In this document: piece after piece, positions 29,664 to 39,366 of the stretch
Position numbering within the stretch: position 1 is the first letter of the stretch
Layout of the letters: each line of letters starts with the position of its first letter
Assembly (NCBI GenBank): GCA_002293685.1
Contig: DBDS01000007.1
Span: 40,140-104,139, forward strand
Source of the DNA: Patescibacteria group bacterium UBA926
GTDB lineage: Bacteria; Patescibacteriota; Doudnabacteria; UBA920
DNA: 64,000 bases
Direction of reading: 5' to 3'
Position numbers and translations under genes: made by a program
The notes under the pieces: model-generated
Databases searched by the model: none
What the model was told of the DNA's origin: nothing
Seen by the model: only the letters and a program-made list of their open reading frames with translations

Positions 29664-30365
29664 ATGAAAAAATTATTCTTGACTTTTATATTTATCGGGG
29701 TAGGGATTTACTTTGTTTATCCTAAAATAGATAGAGCCGAACAATCAAATGTTGAAAAGGTATCTGTAAATAATTTACCTAAAACAGTTGCTATAGATGT
29801 TCCTTTCACTTCTCAAGCACCTCTAGATGGACAGTGGGAAGATGACCGTTATCAAAACGCTTGTGAGGAAGCATCTATCCTTATGGCGATGGCTTGGGTT
29901 AATTCATTTACTTTGACGCCAGAAGAGGCAAGCGAGGAAATCGCCAAGCTAACACAATATCAACAAGACCGTTATGGTGAACATCGTGACCGTTCAGCTA
30001 AAGATACTGCTCAGCTCATTCAGGATTATTTTCAGTATGACAATGTAGAATATAAGACTAATATCGACACTGAAGATATTATCGCAGAACTGAATAAAGG
30101 CAATATCGTAGTTGCACCATTCAATGGTCAGAAATTGAATAACCCTTATTATATCCCACCTGGGCCAATTGAGCATATGGCTGTAATTGTAGGTTATGCC
30201 GAGTCAACTGATGAATTTATAGTAAATGACCCAGGTACAAAAAGAGGTAAAGATTTTCGTTATTCTGCAAGTGTAGTCCAAAATGCTTTGCAGGATTATC
30301 CTACTGGCTATCACTTGCCTATAACACAAGTGGATAAGAACATGATAATTATTCGACCAAAGTAA
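29664..30365 (+). CDS. C39-like cysteine peptidase
   Basis: VPFTSQAP..CEEAS..HMAVIVGY..NDPGT. Confidence 0.8.
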   Translation: MKKLFLTFIFIGVGIYFVYPKIDRAEQSNVEKVSVNNLPKTVAIDVPFTSQAPLDGQWEDDRYQNACEEASILMAMAWVNSFTLTPEEASEEIAKLTQYQQDRYGEHRDRSAKDTAQLIQDYFQYDNVEYKTNIDTEDIIAELNKGNIVVAPFNGQKLNNPYYIPPGPIEHMAVIVGYAESTDEFIVNDPGTKRGKDFRYSASVVQNALQDYPTGYHLPITQVDKNMIIIRPK

Positions 30366-30736
30366 TAATCAAACACTGAAGGATAAAAATAGATAACCAC
30401 CATACAGAATTCTTACAGGAAATTATCTTGGTTAAATTCCAAATTAAAGAGGGCTTAATCTGGCTAAAGTTATGGTTTTTCCACAAAAAATAGTTGATGG
30501 TAAAATTTGCTTTTGGTAACCTTAAAAAGCATCATAAACAGTTTTAAAAAATAATCTGAATTATTGACCTTGCGCAGATTGCAAGTAAAGGAAACAACAT
30601 TATAGATATTTATAATTCCAAGCACAGGCAGAGTAAAATAGTATTTTTTAGACCTCTGAAATTTCATACCATAATTCCTAAGCAGAAACCAAGTTTATGG
30701 CAATATGCATCAAAATTTTCCAGTAAAATTTTCATT

Positions 30737-31672
30737 ATGCTTATTGTTGTTGGGATTGCTGGCTTTAGTTTTATATTTTTAGGTAAACCACAAAATAACC
30801 AACCAGAAGGGCAAGTGCTGGGAGCAACTTCTTCTGCTAATCAGGAAGAGAGTAAACCTAGTGAAGATAATCTTCTAATAAAAACAGCCCAAGCTGCTAG
30901 TCTTGAAGATCAAGAGCAAGGCGAGCATAAGCCATTCGAATATGAAGTGGAAGGCGGAGACACATTGTTGGGCATTGCTCAGAAATACAACCTTAAGCTG
31001 GAAACAATCCTTTGGGCTAACAACCTAACTGAAAAGAGCGTAATTAAACCCGGTCAAATATTGACTTTGATTCCAGTAGATGGGGTTCTGCATACAGTTC
31101 AAAAAGGAAATACTATTAGTGAGATCGCCAGCGTCTACAAAGCGGACACTCAAAAAATCATTGATTACAATGGATTATCAGATGTTACGAATATACATGC
31201 TGGAGATGTAGTCATTGTTCCAGACGGTAAGCCTTTACCAACCTCTCCAGCTCCAAAAGGCAACGGTAAGATTGCGAAAGGTACTCCATGGATGCAAGTT
31301 GCAGCAGGTAGCCTTCTGTGGCCTACAACCCATCGTAATGTCAGTCAGGGGTACTCTGCTGCACATCGCGGCTTGGACATCGCTAATGGCGGTAAACCAA
31401 TAATTATTGCTGCTCAAAGTGGCAAAGTGGAATTCGCAGGATCAGATGGCCCATGGGGGAATACAATCGTTATCCGTGGTAATGATGGTCTTGTAACTCG
31501 CTACTCTCATAACTCTGAAAATTATGTTAAAACTGGAGATGATGTAACAGCTGGAGAAACTATTGGTAAAGTTGGCAATACCGGTAATGTTAGAGGTAAG
31601 ACTGGTTTGCATGTTGACTTCAGGGTATATAAGAATGGGGTGGCAATCAATCCAAAATCCGTAACAAAATAA
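30737..31672 (+). CDS. LysM + M23 peptidase
   Basis: Two LysM repeats; HRGLDI, YSH, HVDF. Confidence 0.88.
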   Translation: MLIVVGIAGFSFIFLGKPQNNQPEGQVLGATSSANQEESKPSEDNLLIKTAQAASLEDQEQGEHKPFEYEVEGGDTLLGIAQKYNLKLETILWANNLTEKSVIKPGQILTLIPVDGVLHTVQKGNTISEIASVYKADTQKIIDYNGLSDVTNIHAGDVVIVPDGKPLPTSPAPKGNGKIAKGTPWMQVAAGSLLWPTTHRNVSQGYSAAHRGLDIANGGKPIIIAAQSGKVEFAGSDGPWGNTIVIRGNDGLVTRYSHNSENYVKTGDDVTAGETIGKVGNTGNVRGKTGLHVDFRVYKNGVAINPKSVTK

Positions 31673-31720
31673 GGCTCTTAATTTTTAGTTATCATTCTTC
31701 ATATCACGTGAGCTTGAATT

Positions 31721-31754
31721 AAGAAAACACCACCCAATTGGGTGGTGTTTTCTT
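31721..31754. terminator. Perfect palindromic bidirectional terminator
   Basis: AAGAAAACACCACCCAATTGGGTGGTGTTTTCTT. Confidence 0.7.
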
Positions 31755-31810
31755 TGGAACAGCTCGCAGCATATAGCGACCCTTCCGAGTCACTCGATAC
31801 TGCGAGCTGT

Positions 31811-31885
31811 TGGTAGCGCTACGGGGAATCGAACCCCGATTACCAGGATGAAAACCTGGCGTCCTAACCATTAGACGATAGCGCC
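31811..31885 (-). tRNA. tRNA-Glu(TTC)
   Basis: GGCGCTATCGTCTAATGGTTAGGACGCCAGGTTTTCATCCTGGTAATCGGGGTTCGATTCCCCGTAGCGCTACCA; full cloverleaf, encoded CCA. Confidence 0.97.
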
Positions 31886-32187
31886 GCGTCCAAGTTTGGC
31901 TCCCGCCTTCGCATACAAGCTGACGCTTGTCTGCTCCGGCTATCACCAATCTTCTCCTTTCAAACTTTCGCTTAACCTTACTCCCTCGCACTGAACCTCC
32001 TCGTGCAACTAGCGTCGGTTCGGCTCGGTCGTGGCCCAAGTAAAAGTTTGCTTTGGAATTTATAGATAACTATCGCATTTTAACAGAAATTAGCAGTTTT
32101 GACAAGTCCAAGACTTCATAAGGTACAGTGTGTAATGCAAATATAAATATATGGAATAATCAGAATATCTTTGATAAAGTAATACTA

Positions 32188-32913
32188 ATGGCAAAAATAA
32201 AGCATGGCTTGGCAGGACGTCCTGAGATTAAAGTTCATTACATCCGTCCTTGGCAGCAAAAACCAAAATCAATTTTTAAACCAAATGCATTGCAATATGT
32301 TATGCTTGGTGTTTTTGGTTTCGGTGTTTTGCTTGGCGGTGGGGTGGTGGCAAACGATAAAATTTCACAAGCAGATCAACTTAGTCGTTCTCAAGGTCAA
32401 GTTGCTAGTGCGACAACTACGGAGCAATGGAGTAAGCCTTTAGATTTTTCGATGGAAGATCTTAATGTTGTTACCGATTTTCTTCCAGCTTTAATCGAAG
32501 AATCAAGACATGAGCCAACACCGGAGGAACTGGCTAACCAAAAGCGTCGCGACCAATTACGTGAATATTTTGTAAACCGGAAAAGTCCGTTCGCCAAAGA
32601 CGATTCAACTCTCGATGCATTCTTAAATTCCAACAACATGAAATTAATGATTGCGATTTCATTTGTTGAGAGTACTATGGGGAAGCGTTGTTACTATAAT
32701 AACTGTAGTGGTATTGGTGGCTACCCTCCAAATTTACGGAAGTACGATTCTTACGCAGACTGGGTGAGGGATTTTGACTCTCTTTTGGAGCGTCGATATA
32801 AAGGTATGAAGCCTGAGCAAATGATGGGAGTGTATGTACAACCTGGAAGTCCGAATTGGATTAACGGAGTTCGTCAGATTTTAGCAGAACTAGAAAAACA
32901 TGGGATTGAATAG
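32188..32913 (+). CDS. Membrane-anchored protein with lysozyme/glucosaminidase-like C-terminal domain
   Basis: TM helix; IAISFVESTMG..NNCSGI motif; likely start is ATG 32188. Confidence 0.55.
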   Translation: MAKIKHGLAGRPEIKVHYIRPWQQKPKSIFKPNALQYVMLGVFGFGVLLGGGVVANDKISQADQLSRSQGQVASATTTEQWSKPLDFSMEDLNVVTDFLPALIEESRHEPTPEELANQKRRDQLREYFVNRKSPFAKDDSTLDAFLNSNNMKLMIAISFVESTMGKRCYYNNCSGIGGYPPNLRKYDSYADWVRDFDSLLERRYKGMKPEQMMGVYVQPGSPNWINGVRQILAELEKHGIE

Positions 32914-33041
32914 ATGAGGGATCCCGGGTCTTCGCCCGGGATTACTAGAACTACCTCCATCTTGATTAATCCAGTAGTAACCCCGGCCTTGAGCCGGGGC
33001 CTTTATTTGACACACGTCAAGAAAAGGATGTAATATATAAG

Positions 33042-33059
33042 TACCCCCCCTAGGGGGGT
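33042..33059 (+). promoter_or_regulatory. CsoR/RcnR-type operator
   Basis: TACCCCCCCTAGGGGGGT C/G-tract palindrome just upstream of csoR. Confidence 0.75.
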
Positions 33060-33072
33060 CAGCAAGATTAAG

Positions 33073-33339
33073 ATGACAAAAGAACAACAAAATTTAGTAA
33101 AGCGAATTAAGACAGCACAAGGTCATCTTGGTGCGGTTGCTAATATGGTTGAAAAAGATGTGTATTGTATGGACATTTTAAATCAAAATCATGCAGTCAT
33201 AGAAGCTTTGCGTAAAATTAACGAACTCATTCTTGAGGGTTATTTAGGTGAGTGCGCTCTAGATGCAGTAAACCACAAGAATCCTGCTAAGCGCAAAGCC
33301 GCAGTAGCAGAATTAGTAAAGATTTATAGTAAGAAATGA
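33073..33339 (+). CDS. csoR: CsoR family metal-sensing repressor
   Basis: RIKTAQGHL..MVE..YCMDILNQ..C. Confidence 0.85.
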   Translation: MTKEQQNLVKRIKTAQGHLGAVANMVEKDVYCMDILNQNHAVIEALRKINELILEGYLGECALDAVNHKNPAKRKAAVAELVKIYSKK

Positions 33340-33366
33340 CCCGATATTTTCCGGGGAAAATGTCGG

Positions 33367-33431
33367 GTCATCCCGGACTTGATCCGGGATCTCGAGATTA
33401 TTTAGAAGATCCTGACCTTCGTCAGGATGAC
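33367..33431. repeat. Family A repeat, GTCATCCCGG variant
   Basis: GTCATCCCGGACTTGATCCGGGATCT..AGATCCTGACCTTCGTCAGGATGAC; related half copies at 32920-32945 and 32977-33002. Confidence 0.8.
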
Positions 33432-33453
33432 TTAATTACAGAAAGCAAATAAG

Positions 33454-34386
33454 ATGGAAAAGATATACAACACAATTATAATTGGAAGTGGCCCAGCAGG
33501 CCTAACAGCGGCTTTATACGCAGGCAGAGCAGAGATAGAACCATTAGTAATCGCAGGGCTTCAACCAGGCGGACAGTTAACAATCACAACCGATGTAGAA
33601 AATTTTCCAGGTTTTCCCGAAGGGATTCAAGGTCCCGAATTAGTTGCTAATATGACTAAACAAGCTGAGCGCTTTGGGGCAAAGATTGCATACGAAAATG
33701 TTGCAGGTGTAGATTTTTCACAGAAGCCCTTCAAAGTTAAAACTGATGGCAATGAGTATCAAGCAAAGAGCGTAATCATTGCAACTGGTGCGGAAGTTAA
33801 ATGGCTTGGCTTGGAAAATGAAACTCGGCTTCGTGGTAAAGGTGTAACAGCTTGCGCAACTTGCGATGGATTCTTCTTTAAAGATTTAGACATTGTTGTG
33901 ATTGGCGGCGGAGACAGCGCGATGGAAGAAGCTTTGTTCCTTACAAAATTTGGAAAGTCGGTAACTATTGTTCATCGTCGTGATGAATTTAAAGCTTCAA
34001 AGATAATGCTTAAACGTGCACAAGATCATCCAAAGATTTCATTTATCACAGACGTAACCGTTGTAGATATTTTAGGAGAAGATTCTTTTTCTGGTATTCG
34101 TATCAAGGATAATAAAACTGGTGAAGAACGCGATGTTGCTGCTAAAGGATACTTTGTTGCAATCGGTCACACACCAGCATCGAAAGTATTCCAAGAAGCA
34201 GGAATTGAAGTTGATGCTAAGGGTTATGTGATTCCAAAAGAATTTACACAAACAAATATCGAAGGAGTATTTGTAGCGGGAGATGTTCATGATCATCGAT
34301 ATCGTCAGGCCATCACAGCGGCAGGGGAAGGTTGTAAGGCGGCGTTAGATGTAGAGAAATATCTTACTGAGAAAGCACAGGAATAA
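33454..34386 (+). CDS. trxB: Thioredoxin reductase
   Basis: GSGPAG, GGQL, CATCDG, GGGDSA, HRRD, RQAITAAG. Confidence 0.95.
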   Translation: MEKIYNTIIIGSGPAGLTAALYAGRAEIEPLVIAGLQPGGQLTITTDVENFPGFPEGIQGPELVANMTKQAERFGAKIAYENVAGVDFSQKPFKVKTDGNEYQAKSVIIATGAEVKWLGLENETRLRGKGVTACATCDGFFFKDLDIVVIGGGDSAMEEALFLTKFGKSVTIVHRRDEFKASKIMLKRAQDHPKISFITDVTVVDILGEDSFSGIRIKDNKTGEERDVAAKGYFVAIGHTPASKVFQEAGIEVDAKGYVIPKEFTQTNIEGVFVAGDVHDHRYRQAITAAGEGCKAALDVEKYLTEKAQE

Positions 34387-34392
34387 TTTACT

Positions 34393-34650
34393 GTCATTCT
34401 GAGCGAAGTCCGCCTAAATCTCGCAGAGATTTTGTGCGGACGAAGCAAAGAATCCCATAAGATCCTTCGTCGCTTCGCTCCTCAGGATGACGTCTCTATG
34501 TCATTACCGGGCCCACCGCAGGTGGGAACCGGGAATCCACTAGTATAGACAACATAATTTAATAGATCCCCGGTTCTCCTCGCTCACCGTACCTGTAGTA
34601 CGGTTCGCTCAGTGCTCGCCAGCTTCGAGCTCTTGGCCAAACTAGACAGC
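34393..34650. repeat. Cluster of family A repeats plus a CGTAC..GTACG hairpin fragment
   Basis: GTCATTCTGAG..CTCAGGATGAC at 34393-34491 with a nested hairpin; second GTCATT element from 34500; CCGTACCTGTAGTACGG. Confidence 0.75.
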
Positions 34651-34683
34651 TTTCTGGAAATTCTAAAATAATTTATTAGTACT

Positions 34684-35934
34684 ATGAACAATCCATTTGA
34701 ATCTGCGAAAAAACAATTGCAAATAGCAGCCGATACCGCGCAGCTAAATCTAAATCAGGTTGAAAGATTGATGCATCCAGATAGATACATCGAGGTTTCT
34801 ATCCCGGTAGAAATGGATGACGGTTCGCAAAGAATCTTTGAAGGCTTTAGAAGCCAACACAACAATACCATGGGGCCATACAAAGGTGGTATTCGTTATC
34901 ACCAAGACGTTAATCTTGATGAAGTAAGGGCTTTAAGCTTTTGGATGTCTTTTAAAAATGCCGTTATTAATGTTCCTTTTGGTGGTGGTAAAGGTGGAAT
35001 TATTGTAAACCCAAAAGAGTTATCCGAAACCGAATTAGAAAAACTTTCTCGTGGTTACATGCGTCAAATGTGGCGAAATTTCGGTCCGGAAATTGATGTT
35101 CCTGCACCGGATGTAAATACCAACGGTACAATTATGGGCTGGATGCGCGATGAGTTTGAAAAGCTTAGCGGTACAATCGCGCCGGGAGTAATCACAGGTA
35201 AAGCAATTGAAGATGGTGGTAGTGAAGGTCGAACAGAAGCAACTGGTTTTGGCGGCGGTTATATACTTAGAGAAGCCTTGGAAGCAGGTTTGATTTCCCC
35301 TCCTTCTCAAGGAGGGGTGGCCGAAGGCCGGGGTGGTCTAACCATTGCAATCCAAGGGTTTGGTAACGTAGCTACTTATTTGTCTGAATATGTTGCCCAG
35401 CATGGTTTCAAAATAGTTGCGTTGTCTGATAGCAAAGGTGGTGTTTATAGTTCAGATGGTATAGATGTCAGTTTGGCAGAACAGCATAAGAAAATTTCAG
35501 GCTCACTCAAGGATTTAGAAGGAACTTCAGAAATTACTAACGAGCAATTATTAGAACTTGATGTTGATGTATTAGTTCCAGCCGCTTTGGAAAATGTATT
35601 TACAGCAGAAAACGCTGAAAAGATTAAAGCGAAATTTATTCTGGAAATGGCGAACGGTCCAACTACTCCAGAAGCCGACGAAATTTTTGCTAAGAATGGC
35701 GTTACTGTTGTGCCTGATATTTTAGCTAACAGTGGAGGGGTATGTGTTAGTTATTTTGAGTGGTATCAAAATATGCACAATGAGAAGTGGTCAAAAGAAG
35801 ATGCTCTAAAGAAATTAGATGAACACATGGTTGCTGCTTTCAAAGAAGTACGCGATGCTCAAGTAAAATATAATTGTACTCTGCGAACCGCAGCCTATAT
35901 CGTGGCAGCAAACCGAATTCTTTCAAAAATGTAA
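34684..35934 (+). CDS. gdhA: Glu/Leu/Phe/Val dehydrogenase (glutamate dehydrogenase) with a 14-aa repeat-derived insert
   Basis: GPYKGGIRYH, GGGKGG, DVPAPDV, QGFGNV, EMANGP, ANSGGVCVSYFEW. Confidence 0.9.
   Translation: MNNPFESAKKQLQIAADTAQLNLNQVERLMHPDRYIEVSIPVEMDDGSQRIFEGFRSQHNNTMGPYKGGIRYHQDVNLDEVRALSFWMSFKNAVINVPFGGGKGGIIVNPKELSETELEKLSRGYMRQMWRNFGPEIDVPAPDVNTNGTIMGWMRDEFEKLSGTIAPGVITGKAIEDGGSEGRTEATGFGGGYILREALEAGLISPPSQGGVAEGRGGLTIAIQGFGNVATYLSEYVAQHGFKIVALSDSKGGVYSSDGIDVSLAEQHKKISGSLKDLEGTSEITNEQLLELDVDVLVPAALENVFTAENAEKIKAKFILEMANGPTTPEADEIFAKNGVTVVPDILANSGGVCVSYFEWYQNMHNEKWSKEDALKKLDEHMVAAFKEVRDAQVKYNCTLRTAAYIVAANRILSKM
35296..35337 (+). repeat. Family B repeat inside gdhA (42 bp, 14 codons)
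   Basis: TCCCCTCCTTCTCAAGGAGGGGTGGCCGAAGGCCGGGGTGGT = SPPSQGGVAEGRGG. Confidence 0.9.
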
Positions 35935-36336
35935 ATCTAAACGCAAGTCACACGACTTGCGTTTTATTTCAAATAAAAGAGCGCCAGCAGGTGCCAGCGC
36001 TAGGGAATTGATAATTGCTTCTCGGATAAATGAGATAGCTATGGTATGGCGTTCAATTTCCTTGGGTAACAAGTAATCTATTATCCCATGGAATTCTTTT
36101 GCGTAGGGGATGCAATCATCCAGTTTGAAGATTGTGGAAATACCCATTTGTTGTAAACGAATTGTTGATCGTTTGTCGTAGTGGTATTCCCATTCAAAAT
36201 AGTAACCCTTGCCTCGGAAGTGAAGGTTAGTAGGGATTCCATACTGATTCCGACCAATTGTTAATCTTTCTGGATTAAGTTCAATATCGCCGGAGATAGT
36301 GCAAAGAGTCGCAAACTTTTGACAATTCTTAAGCAT
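35923..36336 (-). CDS. Hypothetical orphan protein
   Basis: 137 aa, strong SD AGGAGGT. Confidence 0.5.
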   Translation of the reverse strand: MLKNCQKFATLCTISGDIELNPERLTIGRNQYGIPTNLHFRGKGYYFEWEYHYDKRSTIRLQQMGISTIFKLDDCIPYAKEFHGIIDYLLPKEIERHTIAISFIREAIINSLALAPAGALLFEIKRKSCDLRLDLHF

Positions 36337-36359
36337 ATCAGACCTCCTTTTGACTAAAT

Positions 36360-37934
36360 TTATGCAGGGATCGCTGGTGTTGGATTAGAATCTTGCGGAA
36401 CAGCCGAGTGCTTACTTGATCTCCATAGTAGGAAACCTGATGCGGTACTAATCAGTATCAAACCGATTAATCCACCCCAAGCATAAAGAGGGGCGTTTTC
36501 AATTTTTTCTCTGGCTTGGTATAGAAAACCATCTTTCGAAGTTCCGGCAGCTATAGAGTCGTTACAGGTGTCGATGTATTTCTGTAAATTTGGATTGTTG
36601 AAAGTTTGGTTGAGACTTTGGGATAAAGAGAATTGTTCATTAGCTTTACGGCAGAGGCTTTGAGCTGCGAAGCTCACACCTTCAGTGAAGCTTGTCATAT
36701 ATGGATTTGCGCTTGGCTTAACATTGTTAGCATTCATCATTGTAATAGCGTGCTCAATAGGTATAGCGAAGCCAAAACTATCACCAACATCTCCATTAGT
36801 GAGGAAAGAGATGACTCCAATCACTTCACCGTTGGTGTTAATCATTGGGCTACCGCTTGAGCCTGGAGAAATCTTTGCATCTGTTTGGTAGACATCGATT
36901 CCTTTGATGCTTCGAACTGAACTGATTGTACCCTGAGTCACACTTTTGCTAAATAAATCATTTGAGCTAAGTTCAGCGCTTGATGGATAGCCGATTAAAT
37001 AAATTTGCTGACCAGCCGAGCCTTTATTATTTCCATTCAAAGTTAGGAAAGGAGTAGCAGTGTGTTCGATGCGGATGAGCGCAACATCTTTGTGGGTTTC
37101 TCGATAGTCATTGTTTATCGCAATCAAAGTCGCTGGAATACTCTCATTTGCTAATTTGATTAATTCTGCTTCATTATCAATCGATACCCCCGATTTACCT
37201 GGATCCAAAACAGTTATAGTTTGCTTTGCGTCGATAGTTGATTTTTCAGATATATATCTTTCGACTTCCATTAAAATATCTAGAGCAAATGCAAACGCCG
37301 CTGATTCTACATCAGGTCCGTATTCTTGTAGAATGGCTTGTTTTAGTGCATTCGCTTCTTGCTCAGAAAGAGTTTCGAGCTGCTCGAATATAGTATTACT
37401 GTAATAATCTAAAGCCCCTAAAATGAATGAATCTAAAATAATATCCTTACTAACAACATGCGCGTTTGTTAAAATATTTCCGCCACTGTCTACAAAAAAA
37501 CCAGTACCTGTGGCACTTGCTTTCGATCGGCCTGTATAATTGGTGCCAGTTGGTACGAATCTAAAGTTGTTAAAATCTATGGTGAATTCAGGGAATGTAA
37601 TGGAACCATCTACTTGATTGAAAATTCTAACAACGGTTGGTGTAGAGATGTCCGCAATCTCTTCTTGTTTTAAAACAACAGGTGATGTTTCACCAAGGAC
37701 ATAACCGTTTTCAAATTGCTTGTAATCAAAAACTTGAGCGATAACCTTTCTACTTATATCTAAAGCCTTCGCTTCATTCGGTGTGTTTACCAACGATTTC
37801 TTTGTTGCATAGTTCTCTATGTCGGCTTTGGCTTGCTTGTCTAAATCTGAGTGGTAATAAAAAGACGCGCCCATAGTAATGAGAATCGCGACCAGACTCG
37901 CCCCCCAAAGCTTTAAAATATAGTGTTTGTTCAT
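36360..37934 (-). CDS. Membrane-anchored trypsin-like (S1C/HtrA-type) serine protease
   Basis: GTGF, TNAHV, DVAL, PGSSGSP; TM helix at each end. Confidence 0.88.
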   Translation of the reverse strand: MNKHYILKLWGASLVAILITMGASFYYHSDLDKQAKADIENYATKKSLVNTPNEAKALDISRKVIAQVFDYKQFENGYVLGETSPVVLKQEEIADISTPTVVRIFNQVDGSITFPEFTIDFNNFRFVPTGTNYTGRSKASATGTGFFVDSGGNILTNAHVVSKDIILDSFILGALDYYSNTIFEQLETLSEQEANALKQAILQEYGPDVESAAFAFALDILMEVERYISEKSTIDAKQTITVLDPGKSGVSIDNEAELIKLANESIPATLIAINNDYRETHKDVALIRIEHTATPFLTLNGNNKGSAGQQIYLIGYPSSAELSSNDLFSKSVTQGTISSVRSIKGIDVYQTDAKISPGSSGSPMINTNGEVIGVISFLTNGDVGDSFGFAIPIEHAITMMNANNVKPSANPYMTSFTEGVSFAAQSLCRKANEQFSLSQSLNQTFNNPNLQKYIDTCNDSIAAGTSKDGFLYQAREKIENAPLYAWGGLIGLILISTASGFLLWRSSKHSAVPQDSNPTPAIPA

Positions 37935-38000
37935 ATTTTTTTCTTGCTTTAATTATACCATTTTAGAAAAATAACGCCCAATTCGTGATAAAATGTATGT

Positions 38001-38915
38001 ATGTATGACGTGATTATAATTGGTGCCGGTCCAGCTGGGATGACCGCTGCGATTTACACAGCCCGAAAGAGATTGAACACTTTAGTGCTGGGGAAAGAAG
38101 CCGGCGGGCAGATGGTGTGGAGCAGTGATGTTGAAAACTATACCGGTTTTTCGGTGATTACTGGAGCGGAATTAACTTTGAAGTTTCAAGAACACTTAGC
38201 GACTTTAAAAGATAGTCTCGAAGTAAAAATTGGCAGTGAAGTAGTAAGTCTGGAAAAAAATATCACCAGTTTTGTTGTTGAAGATACAGCAGGAAACCAA
38301 TATTTTTCTAAAGCTGTGATCATTGCTTCGGGGCGTTCACCAAAACACTTAGGAATTCCAGGCGAAAGTGAATTTTTTGGCCACGGTGTCGCAACTTGTG
38401 CAACTTGCGACGCGCCATTGTATAAAAAGAAGACCGTTGCAGTTGTTGGCGGAGGAAACTCAGCGTTAGATGCAGCTTTAGCGTTATCAAAAGTAGCGAC
38501 CCTGGTTTATATCATCGACATTAATCAGTCTTTGGTTGGTGATGTTGTCTTAAAACAGAAGATTGAAAATTCACCAAATGTTAAAATTTTGAACAATACT
38601 AAATCGACAGCTATTCTGGGCGACAAGGTTGTAACTGGTTTGGAAATTGAACCTTTCGGGAAACCTCGCGAGGTTTTAAAAGTAGATGGTGTTTTTATAG
38701 AAATCGGCTACGAACCAAATCATAAGTTTGATGAACTTACAGAAAAAAATGCCAAAGGTGAAATAAAAGTTGACGCAGATTTGATGACCAACGTCCCAGG
38801 ATTATTTGCGGCAGGGGATATCAATGACGCCTGGGGCGAGCAAATTATTATCGCCGCCGGCGAAGGCGCCAAGGCCGCCATGGCTGTAAGTGATTATTTG
38901 AATAAGTTAAAATAG
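38001..38915 (+). CDS. Second thioredoxin reductase-like (AhpF C-terminal type) oxidoreductase
   Basis: GAGPAG, CATCDAP, GGGNSA, QIIIAAGEGAKAA. Confidence 0.9.
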   Translation: MYDVIIIGAGPAGMTAAIYTARKRLNTLVLGKEAGGQMVWSSDVENYTGFSVITGAELTLKFQEHLATLKDSLEVKIGSEVVSLEKNITSFVVEDTAGNQYFSKAVIIASGRSPKHLGIPGESEFFGHGVATCATCDAPLYKKKTVAVVGGGNSALDAALALSKVATLVYIIDINQSLVGDVVLKQKIENSPNVKILNNTKSTAILGDKVVTGLEIEPFGKPREVLKVDGVFIEIGYEPNHKFDELTEKNAKGEIKVDADLMTNVPGLFAAGDINDAWGEQIIIAAGEGAKAAMAVSDYLNKLK

Positions 38916-38948
38916 ATTGATATAGTACCCACAAAGGAGGACTGAATT

Positions 38949-39353
38949 ATGATATGGAGAGAATATGTACTCGAGAATTTGTACGAGTACTTTATCATTT
39001 GGATTTTATTGGTTGCGGCTCAGTTTTTTGCACTGTTAACGATGACTGTTGCATCTTCGTACTGGTTAAGCATTATTCTATCCCTGTTCTTGCTTGCTGT
39101 TTCGGCTGAGAAGTTACTCGCGTTGTTGCCTAAAGCAAGCAAAAGACGGTGGATTTTCTATTTTTCTTTCCTGGGTTGGGGCATGATATATTGTTGGTCA
39201 ACTGCTTCGTTGACTGCTCGGAATTCAAGCCTGTTTGGATGGTCAATTTTTTTTCAACTCCTTGGCTTATTCCTTGCTGCATCGATGATATATTTTCTCA
39301 CGGGCTTCATTTTTGATGAAGTTAAAAAACAACCAGCAAAAAAGACTCCTTAG
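38949..39353 (+). CDS. Hypothetical membrane protein
   Basis: Four TM segments, SD AGGAGG. Confidence 0.55.
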   Translation: MIWREYVLENLYEYFIIWILLVAAQFFALLTMTVASSYWLSIILSLFLLAVSAEKLLALLPKASKRRWIFYFSFLGWGMIYCWSTASLTARNSSLFGWSIFFQLLGLFLAASMIYFLTGFIFDEVKKQPAKKTP

Positions 39354-39366
39354 GGAGTCCTTTTAT

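Larger units (their letters stand above)
10943..31829. mobile_element. tRNA-Glu-integrated genomic island (~20.9 kb)
   Basis: 19-bp direct repeats, internal serine recombinase, terminase/MTase genes, visibly AT-richer sequence, no copies of host repeat families A or B. Confidence 0.8.

Noticed and set aside
31719-32039. 106-aa minus-strand ORF
   Set aside because: It overlaps tRNA-Glu and hairpins; spurious.
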